A DNA stretch of 63,289 bases, counting the filler, from Perkinsus olseni (taxonomy: Eukaryota), in NCBI GenBank assembly GCA_013115125.1. It is 23 parts of 23 records of this genome, joined end to end, with 100 filler letters (N's around TTAATTAATTAA, not from the genome) between each part and the next. Parts side by side here need not be neighbours in the genome. Positions count along the whole stretch, not along the records: positions 1 to 2,717 come from JABANN010001511.1; positions 2,818 to 5,529 come from JABANN010001512.1; positions 5,630 to 8,331 come from JABANN010001513.1; positions 8,432 to 11,132 come from JABANN010001514.1; positions 11,233 to 13,930 come from JABANN010001515.1; 18 more parts are not named here. The stretch is one strand, 5' to 3'. This document shows, piece after piece, positions 1 to 11,394 of this stretch (its first letter is position 1; each line of letters opens with the position of its first letter). The notes under the pieces were generated by a model that had not been told where the DNA came from, ran no database searches, and saw nothing but the letters and a program-made list of their open reading frames with translations. The position numbers were made by a program, and so were the translations under genes.

Positions 1-1592
1 AGGGTGTCAAGAGACCTTGAATGGTAGAGTCAGTGGTGGCATACGCAGTGGAGGGCATAGAGTCCTCGGTCGAGTTGGAGCCAGTGGTAAGGCAGTTGGA
101 AGCGGCCTAATCGGTCTGGGAGGCCGTGTCTCGGCGCGTGATCAATAGCGAACTACCGTTGAGAGAGCAAGGTGGTCAGCCCTGCGGTACCGCTTGCAGT
201 GGAACTTGTTCGAGTCAAAGCGATGTTGAGAGTCGGCCAGTCGACCAAACCTTTTGCACCTCTCGTCCTTGCGAATGATCTGGTCAGGGCTGGCTTTACA
301 GCGAGCCGCAACATGCCCAGGTTTGCCACAGCAAAGGCAAGAGTCCTCCGCTAGGCCGAGCTCAGCTGCTGCGGCTATGCATAGTGCTCTAACGTTGGGG
401 TCGTCATCGACGTTACGGCCCTTGTTCTTGTCACTCTTGGGAACTGACTTGGTGAGTGAGTTGATGTCGGGGAGGTCATCGATGACGGCCAGTAGAGTGT
501 CTTTGAAGGTGTCGAAATCCATCTTATTGAGCGGATCAGTCAACGAGGCGGCAAAAATGGCCTTGGGACCCTTTTAAGACGCCGGATGATGGAAGAGTCC
601 TGAGCTGCTTCATCGGGGACGACCGACTGCTTGACATGCCACAGTTTCTCGAACCGGGTGCAGTAGTCGAGGGTGGACTCGGATGGCTCTTGTGATAGGG
701 CGTCGAGGGAGTTCTCCAGAGACCTAAACTCAAGGTTTGTGCTGTACCGTTTGTCCATGACAGTCCATACCGCAGAGATGCCGTTGTCAATAACAGCATC
801 ACGTGAGACTTTGTTGCGGATGTTGGACTTCAACGGCTCGGTGATAAAATGTAGGGCAACCTCCGCAGCGACGTCATTTGGAAGTGAATGACGATGACGT
901 AGGAGGTCGCAGAGCGCGACGCGCCAAGGGAAATAGGCACCGGTAGGGTTGCTGGAGAAGAGGAAGTGTTTGGGCACCGTATCACCGACGATGGACTTGA
1001 CGGTTCTCCTGACGACATCGCAGGATGAGACGACACCAGTGACGTTGTTGTGGTTGGTACCGTTGGAGGCAGTAGCTGAGACGTTGGTCGATGGTGTCGT
1101 AGCGCCAGGAGTAGGGACCGCAGATGTTGATCCCCGATACGACGAATGGCTCGAGGTGATCGGATGGGCAGAGACGTAGCGCTCATTGGACACGGCGGTG
1201 GAGATGGCTTTACGCAGATCGAGGCGTCCGACTAGGACTTTACCACCGTCGAGGTCAGCAGCAGCACAAGTATAGCCCAACGTATCACCGGGGTGAGCCA
1301 GCATGAGTCCTCCCCACCAGCAGAGTCTGGGTAGACCAGTTCTTCGGTCAACCAGGCGTAGGAATTCTGCCAGAGGTCACAGAGCTCAGGGCCGTTGTGG
1401 ACTGCGTGACAGTCCGCTTGGAAGAGCGCGTTGTCCCGGAGCGTCTCCCGTAGTGTCCCACCGAAGGGAGTGAGGACTTGTGAATATTGATTGTCGGTCT
1501 CAGTGTGAATCTGCACCTCTAGGGCGAGCATGTTGACAATGAGAGCTCTTCTCTCATAGTTGTCGCCATAGTTGTTAGGAGTTCACGCTCAT
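1..1592 (-). pseudogene. Frameshifted LTR-retrotransposon gag (capsid-like region plus CCHC zinc knuckles)
   Basis: ORFs 1232-1531, 540-1304 and 142-543 join into one Gag-like protein through single-base shifts in short homopolymers. It has the gag motif 'LSQEPSESTLDYCTRFEKL', an intact knuckle CLCCGKPGHVAARC, and degenerate knuckles (CKRFGR..., CKRYRRADHLA). Confidence 0.8.
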
Positions 1593-1767
1593 CGTCTTCG
1601 CCACTAGGAGTGCGCAATTCAGAGAAGGACATTGAATAATGCAATAATAATAACCAATACAAACCTGTATTAGTGGTGAGATAGCGTTATACACATTAAC
1701 ACGATATAGTTAGCATCACTACCGAATCTTTGGGGACAAACCGTTACAAAGATACACGAAACTGTCA
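1593..1767 (-). mobile_element. Putative 5' LTR and primer-binding site of the gag element
   Basis: On the minus strand an AT-rich segment starting TGACAG is followed by TGGCGAAGACG directly upstream of the gag start. Boundaries are uncertain and there is no second LTR to compare. Confidence 0.35.
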
Positions 1768-1989
1768 AGGCGAGGCGAAATGTGTGGCATCAAACGGCGC
1801 GAAGTATCATCATCATCATTATCAGAAGGCGCAGATTCGAGATTCATTCGGACACGTTTTCGATCAAATCGCGAGTGCCTTCGTCACCACATGGAAGCGC
1901 CTGGATGGCATCAAGAGGATCATGAAAGACACGCACATGCCTTGATCGCCGATCAATGATCGGGCGTCATGGTGAGGTCCGCCTTGTTA

Positions 1990-2675
1990 CTATTCCGCTG
2001 TGACGCACCGAACTTCGGAGTCCGGAGGGTCCGAAGAAAAACGCTTAAGAGCTGGAGTGATCAGTGAGCTAGGGAGTAGAGTACTGTGACCTTGAACTGG
2101 AGGTGCCTTGGTCGTTGTTGTTCCAGCTGCACGCTGGGCTCGCTCAGGCTGTAACTTAAATGGATATGGGGATGTTTGCTTCCGATTCGGCACTCCAGTG
2201 GCTGGAGTCTAGGCGGGGTTCATCAAATGAACAAATGCGCCTTACTCGTCCCATGATCAGGATGACGCGAGATCTCTTCTTGGAGCAGGAAATGCCTCGG
2301 TGGCTCGGTCCAGGCGATCTCTAGTGGATAACAACTCTGAAGTGAGGTTCTTGAGTAAACTGCCTAGAGTAGTAGACCAGTAGTCTTCTCCGGCTGAACT
2401 ACTACAAGTAGGGTTATGGACACATATCTTGGTAATACATATCTCACAAAGCACGCCAATGATGTTCAGAACTGGCATTGTCACTGAGAACTCAATCCCG
2501 AGTGACAGTATTGTGATCGGATTGCAGCAATTATTGCGACACGAGGCTTGTTTCGCAATAATTGTGAAGAGCGACTCGCTGACCTCTCACCTCGCTTCCT
2601 TTGTCATCCGTAGCATTGATATCATACACCACTTCCTCAGTTACGTAAAATTCCTGATTCGTTCCGCCCAGGCTT
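1990..2675 (-). CDS. 3' exons of a spliced hypothetical protein
   Basis: Short open segments (SLGGTNQEFYVTEEVVYDINATDDKGSE followed by a GTGAG donor; EDYWSTTLGSLLKNLTSELL...; PFKLQPERAQRAAG...TAE*). No recognisable motif. Confidence 0.3.
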
Positions 2676-2717
2676 GGTAACACAACAAACGCAGGTATGA
2701 GCATACTGTAGATAGGG

Positions 2718-2817
2718 NNNNNNNNNNNNNNNNNNNNNNNNNNNNNNNNNNNNNNNNNNNNTTAATTAATTAANNNNNNNNNNNNNNNNNNNNNNNNNNN
2801 NNNNNNNNNNNNNNNNN
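2718..2817. other. Artificial contig linker N44-TTAATTAATTAA-N44 (first of 22)
   Basis: Identical 100-bp linkers start at 2718, 5530, 8332, 11133, 13931, 16709, 19487, 22260, 25027, 27792, 30544, 33296, 36044, 38790, 41526, 44259, 46985, 49710, 52431, 55151, 57866 and 60579. Contig lengths between them never increase. Separate 99-N scaffold gaps lie at 15490-15588 and 59266-59364. Confidence 0.99.
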
Positions 2818-3049
2818 AATAAGTATGCTTCTATTCCCAAGTATTTCCCTTGTGTTATGCCAAGCTCAACCAGTAACACAGCTGACACTAGAGCAACGCG
2901 TGATCAGCCGAGCCAGACCTCAAGGCGTATAGAGACTGAATTCGGACTGACATTACGCGCACCTAGAAGCTAATCCAGGCACAGCAATAGATGCGGCGTC
3001 CACTCATCGATAACTATCATACTAAATTGATGTAGCGAACTGCGCTTGC

Positions 3050-3250
3050 CTATTACATCGATGATGAAGTCCTTCCGCAGATGGTCGGGGCCGTATAAAG
3101 ACACTTGGACTAGGGAGATGGACTGTGTTTCCGGGTCCCTCTCCGAGTCGATGCTAACAATGGTCATCCCAGACGACCACAGCTCGACGAGGGGCTCCAA
3201 CTGCTGTCTGGCGCACACTAGATCTACTCCATCAACGCTTGATGAGTCTG
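3050..3250 (-). CDS. DEDD-family 3'-5' exonuclease domain exon (RNase D/WRN/EXD-like), partial
   Basis: 'TIVSIDSE....SISLVQVS....DFIIDVI' matches the Exo I D-x-E motif and the following 'LxQ' and 'IID' strands. It is followed by an AG|GCAAG (GC-type) donor. Confidence 0.65.
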
Positions 3251-3545
3251 AGAAGGGAGCGAGCACTCACACAGAGATGCCACCTGGTGCCCCCCCCCCT
3301 GAAACCGCGCCACTGGAAACGAGAACCCGCGAGGAGAAAATTGAAGTACGATATCACTTTGACTGAATAACAGCCCACGTCCACCCGTCAATATTCCCAA
3401 GATTTTTCCGTCACAAAAGAATATGGGTGCCCTTTAGCTCTCCGCTCTGTGATGTGGCCGCTATCATCGCTAATGAGAGCGCTCTCACCGATATCCGTGT
3501 CCAGCTCAGGTGAAGCCCCAAGCCACGCATCAACGTCAAGTAGGA

Positions 3546-4168
3546 GCACCTGGCTTGCATCAGCCAGATGGAGCTGAGAGGAACCAGATAAGAACAGAAA
3601 CTGCCACGTATTTATTTACCAATGATAAAGGCTCCTCTAGATAGACGTAGCCCTCGTAACCCGCGGAGATTCGCAACGGAAGGCTGGACGCCACCAGCTC
3701 CGATGCGACGAGGCAGACAACGCCCTCAGAGTCTGGGAGGCAGAGCGGGCCGATGCTCCCAGGTGATTGACCTATGAAGAATAAGAGCAATGAAACTATC
3801 TAAACACGGAAGACACCACCACTGGAGCGTGGTATCAAGGTACTCGCAAGTGTCATATTCAAAAGGAAGGGAATGACCAGAGTTCGGGTGGTGGGGGGGG
3901 GACTCGAAACGGCGCGAAGACTTTCAGCGCTCGTTTCGCATCAAACGAAGCCAAGCAAACTTGGCAGATTCGCTATACGCCTGCCCGACGGCGCAATAAA
4001 CATATTACCAACACTAGCCTCGCAATTACTGGACATTGTCAATGTACTCTTAGGCGCCGATGCAAGGCCAAGTCGGGCCAACACAGCACTTTCGTCCACC
4101 CGCGTCGCTGATTCAAGACACACGAGGACTGTGTGGTAAGGCGATGCATCTGTGGTGAGGTCGTATAC
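3546..4168 (-). CDS. YbaK/ProX-like aminoacyl-tRNA editing domain (spliced)
   Basis: Exons 4168-4009 and 3771-3620 splice in frame through a GT-AG intron to give VLVCLESATRVDESAVLARLG...TLTMSSNCEASVG|QSPGSIGPLCLP...VVCLVASEL...LRISAGYEGYVYLEEPLSL. This follows the YbaK pattern (vD.k.la..lg; G..pG.i.P; sAG..g). Upstream exons probably reach the ATG at 5128. Confidence 0.6.
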
Positions 4169-6067
4169 CTGTAGAGCAAGGACTCGAAGACAAATATGAA
4201 TCCTGGGGATCGGACCCTCGACCTTCCAGGTGAATGACGCGAAGCATAACGGCTCGACCACTCCGGCAATATGATTAACGTCAGCTCATTGAGCCACGAG
4301 AAAGCCAAACGGTAGTACTATTCCGTGGAAAGGTTAACGCAACCCTACCCTCTTCCAGTAAGGTATCAAGACTTAAGCCCTCACGAAGGGATTTTTTTCT
4401 CATCAGGGTCCGCGGGCGTTCAGGCAAAAATGATCTCAGTAAGCCCGAGTCGCTGAAGTAACAAGTCGATGATCGGTTTGCGCAGGGGTCCAACTTCTAC
4501 CATTGAGCTCCTCAATTTGAGAGGCGTATCCTGCCGAGAAGCCGTTACGCCAGCGGTCGAGGATATCACGTTAGCGAGAAAATACAGCAGCGGTAGGGTC
4601 GACGTAGGGGCATCCAACGAATTCGAGATTGTACGGGTCGGACTAGCGGCGAGCCTCCACTGAAGAGTTGAGGGAGGCGCTCTCGCCGGTAAGAATTTTA
4701 ACTTCGGGTAACTTTCGATGCGAGGCAGCACTTCATCGTACTCAAGGCTCTGATGAAGTCTACGCTGATCAATCAACGCTCGATCGGGCGAAGGGACGGA
4801 GCCGAGTTGTACATAACGATATCATTATGTACAACTCGTCTCTGTCTCCCCGACCATTATTAATGATACCATAATGAGAATGAGTCGAGTTCGTTGCGTC
4901 AAGCTGACTACAACTGGCGGACGCTGCCAGTATCACTGGCGTTAGCAAGACCCCCCAAGATCCCTTCATTACTACCATGCACTTAAGGTCGATATAATTC
5001 GAGCCCCCTTCACTGGTGGCATAGGAGGCCCCCTCGCCATTGAGTTTCGCTATGACGTCTGCGTGGGTGATAAGGGGAGGAGGAGTGTCAGTGGAAGCTG
5101 TCGAGGAAGATGATGATGTGGGTGCCATACGACAGGGAGAATAACAACACATAGACAATCTACTATGCTGAGAATCATGACGAATGATTCCGGTCGAAAT
5201 CTTGAATCTGATGCCTCGTGAAAGATGCCTAAATTAAGGGGATGTCCGTAAGATTGAAGGACCGAGCTCTAGGAGTTGTAGACTAGAAGTCGAGGCAGGG
5301 TCGCGACTTGAACAGTGACTCTGAATCTCCCGAGCTCTTCGAGTTCGGATCTTAGACCAACTTGTTGGGTTTCGAGATCCTGAACTGAAAATGGGAAGGC
5401 CATCAAGATAGCAAGATGAACCGGTAAGAATTCAGGTGTAGCGTGCGGGTCCCACCTCAACTATGGCTCCAGTGATCCTCACGTGTAACCCCTTTCTATA
5501 TATTACCAAACTTAGTCGACTGGGTGGTGNNNNNNNNNNNNNNNNNNNNNNNNNNNNNNNNNNNNNNNNNNNNTTAATTAATTAANNNNNNNNNNNNNNN
5601 NNNNNNNNNNNNNNNNNNNNNNNNNNNNNCTCGCCGAACTGCCATAGCTAGCGAGAGTATCATAGCACATCATAATACCGTCCAGGTATCTAAAATCATC
5701 AGGCAGTCAATACTTCTATCACTTCGCTCCGCCTCACTTGACTGCCAATACTGAAGCTCCAGTGACATGGGGCTGAAGGGTTTGCTGTTCCCTAGGCATC
5801 ATATGAGACGTTAAATGCACCAATAATCAACAAAGCCTTTGTAACACCAGTGTTTCTTCACCGTTGTTAGCATACAAAACTTTTAGGACGGCACTGTCCG
5901 GTCCGGGGCGAGGTATTTCGGGGCGCGGCGAAGAATATTCCTCTCCGGTCAGACCAAAAGCACGGCGCTTGCTGCGCGCGTAAGAAAAGAACAGTATTAT
6001 TCAGAATCATTCATCTCTATATATCCTCCGTGGCGAACGTCCTCGAAGTCAAATTCAGTTACCTAAT

Positions 6068-6770
6068 TACAAAGCAAGATCCAATAATGCATGCGAAGCG
6101 GTGAATCGAGCACTAAAGGAAGGTCAGGAAGGGTCCCACCTCAGTAAGTTGCGCAGGGCAACGATCTCCCCAGGATACATCGAAAGGGGGACTTCCATAG
6201 CCGCTTTTTCAGTGCAACTGATGGAGGTGTGCAACAGCTATGCACGGAGGACCGAGGCGAACCTGAAAACTAGAGGCGAAGATGGCAAGATGGAGAAGAA
6301 GTATGTAACGGAGGCTGGCAAGTGGAAGAGAACTGAGACGGCAGCGAACATTTGGACGAATGAGGAGAAGACGAGATATTACTTACCATCCCATACGCTC
6401 GTCAAGCGTTGCCGACGAGGGACGAGCGAGCTGCAGCACATTATCGAAGGATTCGAGGGCAAATACGAAAGTGATGATGCCTCAGCTTGGGCGTCGTGAG
6501 ATGAGATGCAGACTATCATGACCAACAGAACGGTTGTCGAGAGAACAGCCCCTCACTACGAGTGCACCTGCTCACATGGGAGGACCGGTGTGTGCAAGCA
6601 TGTACTAGGGGTATACTTACTCGAAAGTATACCCCTGATGAGTGGCTATGACTGGAAAGACTTCCAAATACCAGGTGGAAGTCCAGCTGGGCGTCCACAG
6701 TAAGCAGCATACACACTCGGATAGAAACTCGCCCATCGCAGGTACGACCACACCGCGGCGCGAGATTGAC
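6068..6770 (+). pseudogene. Mutator-like (MULE) transposase relic with SWIM zinc finger
   Basis: RSNNACEAVNRALK (MULE catalytic Glu motif tNNxxExxN) lies in frame with the SWIM motif YECTCSHGRTGVCKHVLGV and 'AGRP'. There is an in-frame TGA at 6497-6499 and further stops after 6700. Confidence 0.75.
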
Positions 6771-8207
6771 GAGGAGCATTAACGAAGGAGCCTCGGCCTA
6801 GTGGCCCTTCTTGCAACTTCCCAGCACCGCAGTTATCCCCACTGCAGCGAAGATAGTATCTAAACCACAAGCACCCAGAACCCTAGAGTTCACCGGCCCG
6901 GTGATAGTCGGCCCGGGGACCGGGTCCTGGTCCCCGGGGGACCAGGACCCACAAGCTACAAGAAGCCACCTGACTCGCTCCTCAGCAAGGACTCCACAAG
7001 ACGCCAGGTCTCCATCAGCGAATCTGGACCTGACACAGATCACGAGTCCACGACGACCACGACGACGACATCCATCACATGCAAGTAGATCGCGGTACAT
7101 CGCTGACTGGCCTGAGCGATGACGATGTTGCACTTGGTCATGCCGCTGCTGACGACGGGCCGTCGTCGGCAGCGATAAGGGCAACTCCCCTCGGGGTCAT
7201 ATTGCCCGTGGCACCTGTAGGGCCGTCGTCGACGGCCCTATACACCAAGAACCCCCAAGGCCTTCTACACACGAGACCTCCAAGGCAACTGGGTCACTCC
7301 ACTACGGAAGCGGCTGAGGCACAAGCAACGCCGTTGCCGTCCGTCGCCGTTGCCGGGCCGTCGGCCCGACTACAGGCAGATCGGGCAGCGTGATCGACTC
7401 ACTTGGCTCGATCGGAAATTGTCGAGCTCCTCAGAGTCTACCGCAAGCAGGCACTCATGAATTGACAGGAAGACGGCCAACTATGAAGACTGTGGAGAAT
7501 CTCCACAATCCACTCGAATCCACTCCAGGATCGCCCATCTCCACTGGAGATGAGCGATTGGAGCGAAGCTGCGAGGGACGATTACTATACTAACTCTCAA
7601 TGGCATTGAGTCAATGCCGCGCTAGTAGCGCGGCGCTACCGATGCATGAGAACCAACTACTTCCAATCCTCTTGTATTGAGTTGAGTGAGCTGAACGAAA
7701 CACTATCAAAAAAATCTGTAAGGAACAGATAACACCTAGTAAAGAAAGCCGAAGGAGAGCCGCACTACACATTAGCTGAAGCAAGTTCAAGACAACCGAA
7801 CCTCTACACCTTCAGAATGACAGTGAGAAATATGCAAAGCTCAGATTCTGAGCCTCAGAAAGATTGAGGGTGAACAAGATCTATATCATTTTTCTAAGGA
7901 GAGTGTGGCGTGCGATGGCTCAGTTCTGTTCTCGCACGCCAGATATTTCATTGTGTGAAACGGTCAAGCTGAACTAAGCTCGACGCTAGTAGCTTTCACC
8001 GTTATCTGACCGAATCAGCGTGTGATTGATCGCTACTAGTGAGTCGCAGTATTGACCGTTCTGAATGCCCTTCTTCTTTTTACTCTCTCTTTCTTCGATC
8101 CTCTCTTGGATCTACTCTCTCTGATCGTCAGCTCCCCCTGGTCGTCCGCTCCGTAATATCTGATCTGCTATCTGTACCTCTTCTATCTCCTGTGCGTCGT
8201 GTTCAAC

Positions 8208-8331
8208 ATGGAGACATACACACTGTGTAGTACACAGTACCTTCCGGCGGACAAACTGGGTGTACGGGGGTTTAGCGCCATGCTGTATGCCCAGGGAAAT
8301 GTCGCCGAGCGGGAAGGGCCCCAGCGAGGCG
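8208..8331 (+). CDS. 5' start of an unknown ORF after a pyrimidine-rich leader (truncated by contig end)
   Basis: The ATG at 8208 follows a CT-rich tract (about 8068-8190) and the frame is open to the contig end. It may be a retroelement ORF1/gag start. Confidence 0.25.
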
Positions 8332-9430
8332 NNNNNNNNNNNNNNNNNNNNNNNNNNNNNNNNNNNNNNNNNNNNTTAATTAATTAANNNNNNNNNNNNN
8401 NNNNNNNNNNNNNNNNNNNNNNNNNNNNNNNTCGCGGTTGACTGTCACCTTTCATGCACCGCCGGAGATGCTTGAGGAGGACATATGCAAAGGCCTACCG
8501 TGCAGGCATGACCCGAATGGATGATACGGCCTCTGACTATTGTTGTTGTAACCACCCACTTCATAGCCCAACCACGCTCCTCAAGTAGTTAATGCCCTCC
8601 GGATAACTTGCACATGGAGTACTGGCGCTCTACGGGGGGAGCGACGAACAAGGAAGGATTACTCCCTCGCTCAAAAAACAAGTCTTATGACAAACTGCCT
8701 ACAATGAGCCAATAATGAATCCCGTACACGAATCACCGATACGACCCTCAGATCATCATAGACTCGTCTCGAGTAATGGTAGTACTAAGCGCTGTGTGCG
8801 CTTTGCGCATGCGCACCGTTACATGAGGTAAACGCACGCAAAATAGACAATCGCTGTCTGGTGACAGCCGTCACAATCCGCACATTAGTCTTAGGCCGTT
8901 GGACGAGGCAAAGTACAAAATCCAAGGCGAAATTGTGTTCAAGAGCGTGGCGAGGAATGCACACAGTTGCCGGGACAATTGGACGCACAAAGTGCAATGC
9001 TGGTACGCAGCAGCAATGGAGGTTCATTGTCACTATAGTACAGGTTTCTCTTCCACTCCGTAATTTTCCCGATATCACATGCACTATAACTCAGTACAGT
9101 GTGGCTATTTGAGACGGGACTCAAAGAGTGGTGAGACCGGACTCGAGAGGGGTTCGGGAAAACGTGTGTTCAAGAGCGTGGCAAGGCTCTTCCGAGAAGT
9201 CGCGGCACAGTGGGTTGGGACAACGCACAAGCACCCTTCCTGTTTCCTTGGGAAACCGTACCGGTCGAGTTAGTCGTTCCAAAAGGTTGGGCTGCACCAG
9301 GTTCAGTAAGACGGGATTCCGATCACGGGAATCTATCCTATGATTTCTTCCTCGACGGGATATGTTCTTGCTATTCACTTATAGTTGCCGGGTAACTCAG
9401 CGATGCTCGTGAAAAGTTTATCTTACTAAT

Positions 9431-10860
9431 ATGGTTTACCGTGAACCAATTCCACCTAGTATCACCGAAGTGCCGATATTTTGCTTCGGGGCCAATATGA
9501 GCGTCGATTCCCTGAGGGCAAGAGGTATCAAGACCGTAGAGAAGTCTTCTATGAGAGCAGTAAGATACTCCCTTCTCCGGGTTGCCCGCGCTGGGATGTT
9601 ACATGAGCTTTTGTTTATGAGGCCAGCATACCACATGCCGGTCCTAGTAGACTACTAGTGTACAGTAGTTGGAGCGGCAGTGCTCAGAGCATCAAAACTC
9701 CCAGGTTTGTCCGCTTAAAACAGTTTCGTTTGCAGGTCCTATGCGGCTTCGATCTGGTATTCGACGTTGAAGCATTAAAGAGCACCTTCATGGAGGGGAA
9801 CTATGCTAATATTCGCCCTCGTGATGGTGCGCAGGTAGTGCGTCGTTAACGATCGACGTTTCGATCTCGACTATCACATTGCTTAAACTCAGTGACCGGC
9901 TGAAAATGACTTTGCCGCAGTCATGGTTGTCGATCTACAGGTTCACGGCGTTGTCATGTGGGTAACCCGCAATGGTCTCGATCGTCTTGACAAAGTTGAA
10001 GGCCCATTTTACGAGCGAAGATGGGTGACAGTTTATCCATATGACAGAACCGCCATTCTGACTTTGGTCTACATACTTCCCCGTAGACCCAACTCAACAG
10101 GAGGCAGACCGGGCAGAAGGTGACCTGCTCACCAAGTGCATGCTAGTTGGGTAGCGCGCTAGTTAGACACTTAAGACCAGGCTAGTTTCAAACCATCGGA
10201 GCAGATTCGTAGAAGAAACTCGTAGTCGAGGATCATTAGCCATATTCACTGGCAGGGTCGGATTCCGAGCTGCTTTTTATCCTAAATCAATGGAACGGTC
10301 GAGCTGATAAAGAGCAGCAACTTGACATTACTACTTCAGGTACCTGAAGACAATAATCTCAGGCGCCGAACGAGCTCACTTGAGCTCTGAGTGGATGGAG
10401 CGCCTGCGGGCTATACCCTGCCAGGATTTTTCTAAATTCGATGTTTTGTCGGCTGAGAGGAGAGAGCTGATAAACCGAAAAGTATTCAAGGAAGAGGATA
10501 TCGTAAGTGCTGCCGTAACGATGATGCGCCGGAGGAGAGTTGGAGATGAAATTTTAGGTCTCATCTCGCACCGAAGAGAAGCCTCTCCTTGTGTCTCTGC
10601 TTGGTGTCGTTCTGGAGGTCCCTGCGGGTTTAAACGAGACCGAGTCATTGCTTTTTTGCAATTCTGCCGACTCCACGTTGGACTTAGCGCGTCTCGTTTC
10701 TTATGAGAAGCCTCCTAATGTGATGGCGAATGTAACTCCAGAACAGCGTGGTTTCCTTGAGACGATGTTGGTCTCTGCTACATCAAGCCCCAACGGAGCT
10801 CGCATTGTGGGAAAGCTCTCTAGTTTTGATGCTTACTGGGGACCCACTGCGTGCCTGTAG
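9431..10860 (+). CDS. Gamma-glutamylcyclotransferase (GGCT/AIG2-like) with a C-terminal cytochrome b5-like heme/steroid-binding (MAPR-type) domain; 5 exons
   Basis: Exons 9431-9559, 9736-9834, 9941-10119, 10340-10502 and 10558-10860 join in frame through GT-AG introns. GGCT motifs: IFCFGANM, ANI, VHGVV, LDKVEG..Y, P.RRYLKTIISGA. C-terminal segment: FKEEDI...PLLVSLLGVVLEV...DSTLDLA...VTPEQ...IVGKL. Confidence 0.85.
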
Positions 10861-11394
10861 GGCGCCGGTGGCGTATTCTATATCTCACGCTGCGTTCCAT
10901 GGAACTCTCAACTCTTTTACTCTAATGATGAGGTAACCTCACTTCTTTCAGTGGGAGACCCTCACCATTCATCCTATCGGCGAGAACCAGTAAGTAGTGA
11001 CTATTGTGACAGACCCGCGACTCGCGCTGCGGAACGCGGTCAATGCAATGCCTTGAGAGGATGATGCTGAGCGGAAATATAGCATTCCGGTGGTGTATGC
11101 CGACGTGATGCGAGTCGCATTGATCGGTCCAANNNNNNNNNNNNNNNNNNNNNNNNNNNNNNNNNNNNNNNNNNNNTTAATTAATTAANNNNNNNNNNNN
11201 NNNNNNNNNNNNNNNNNNNNNNNNNNNNNNNNGCTGTAGATGTATGTCCGGCCGTTGGGAGGGCGGGCTGCGGCGAAGGCGTACTGACTGGAGGCAGCGA
11301 GGCCGGCGAGCCCCAAGCATGACAGAGAGACAAACTAAAAGATACTCTCCTGCAGTCTCCGTAGGCGAACACCACCCGCAGGCTGTGGGAAATC

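Noticed and set aside
560-582. Programmed -1 frameshift inside gag
   Set aside because: There is no X-XXY-YYZ heptamer in the required frame, the shift is mid-gag, and other disruptions exist.
2762-2773. Regularly spaced TTAATTAATTAA as a biological repeat or CRISPR-like array
   Set aside because: It is always embedded in N44 flanks and is an assembly linker with stops in all frames.
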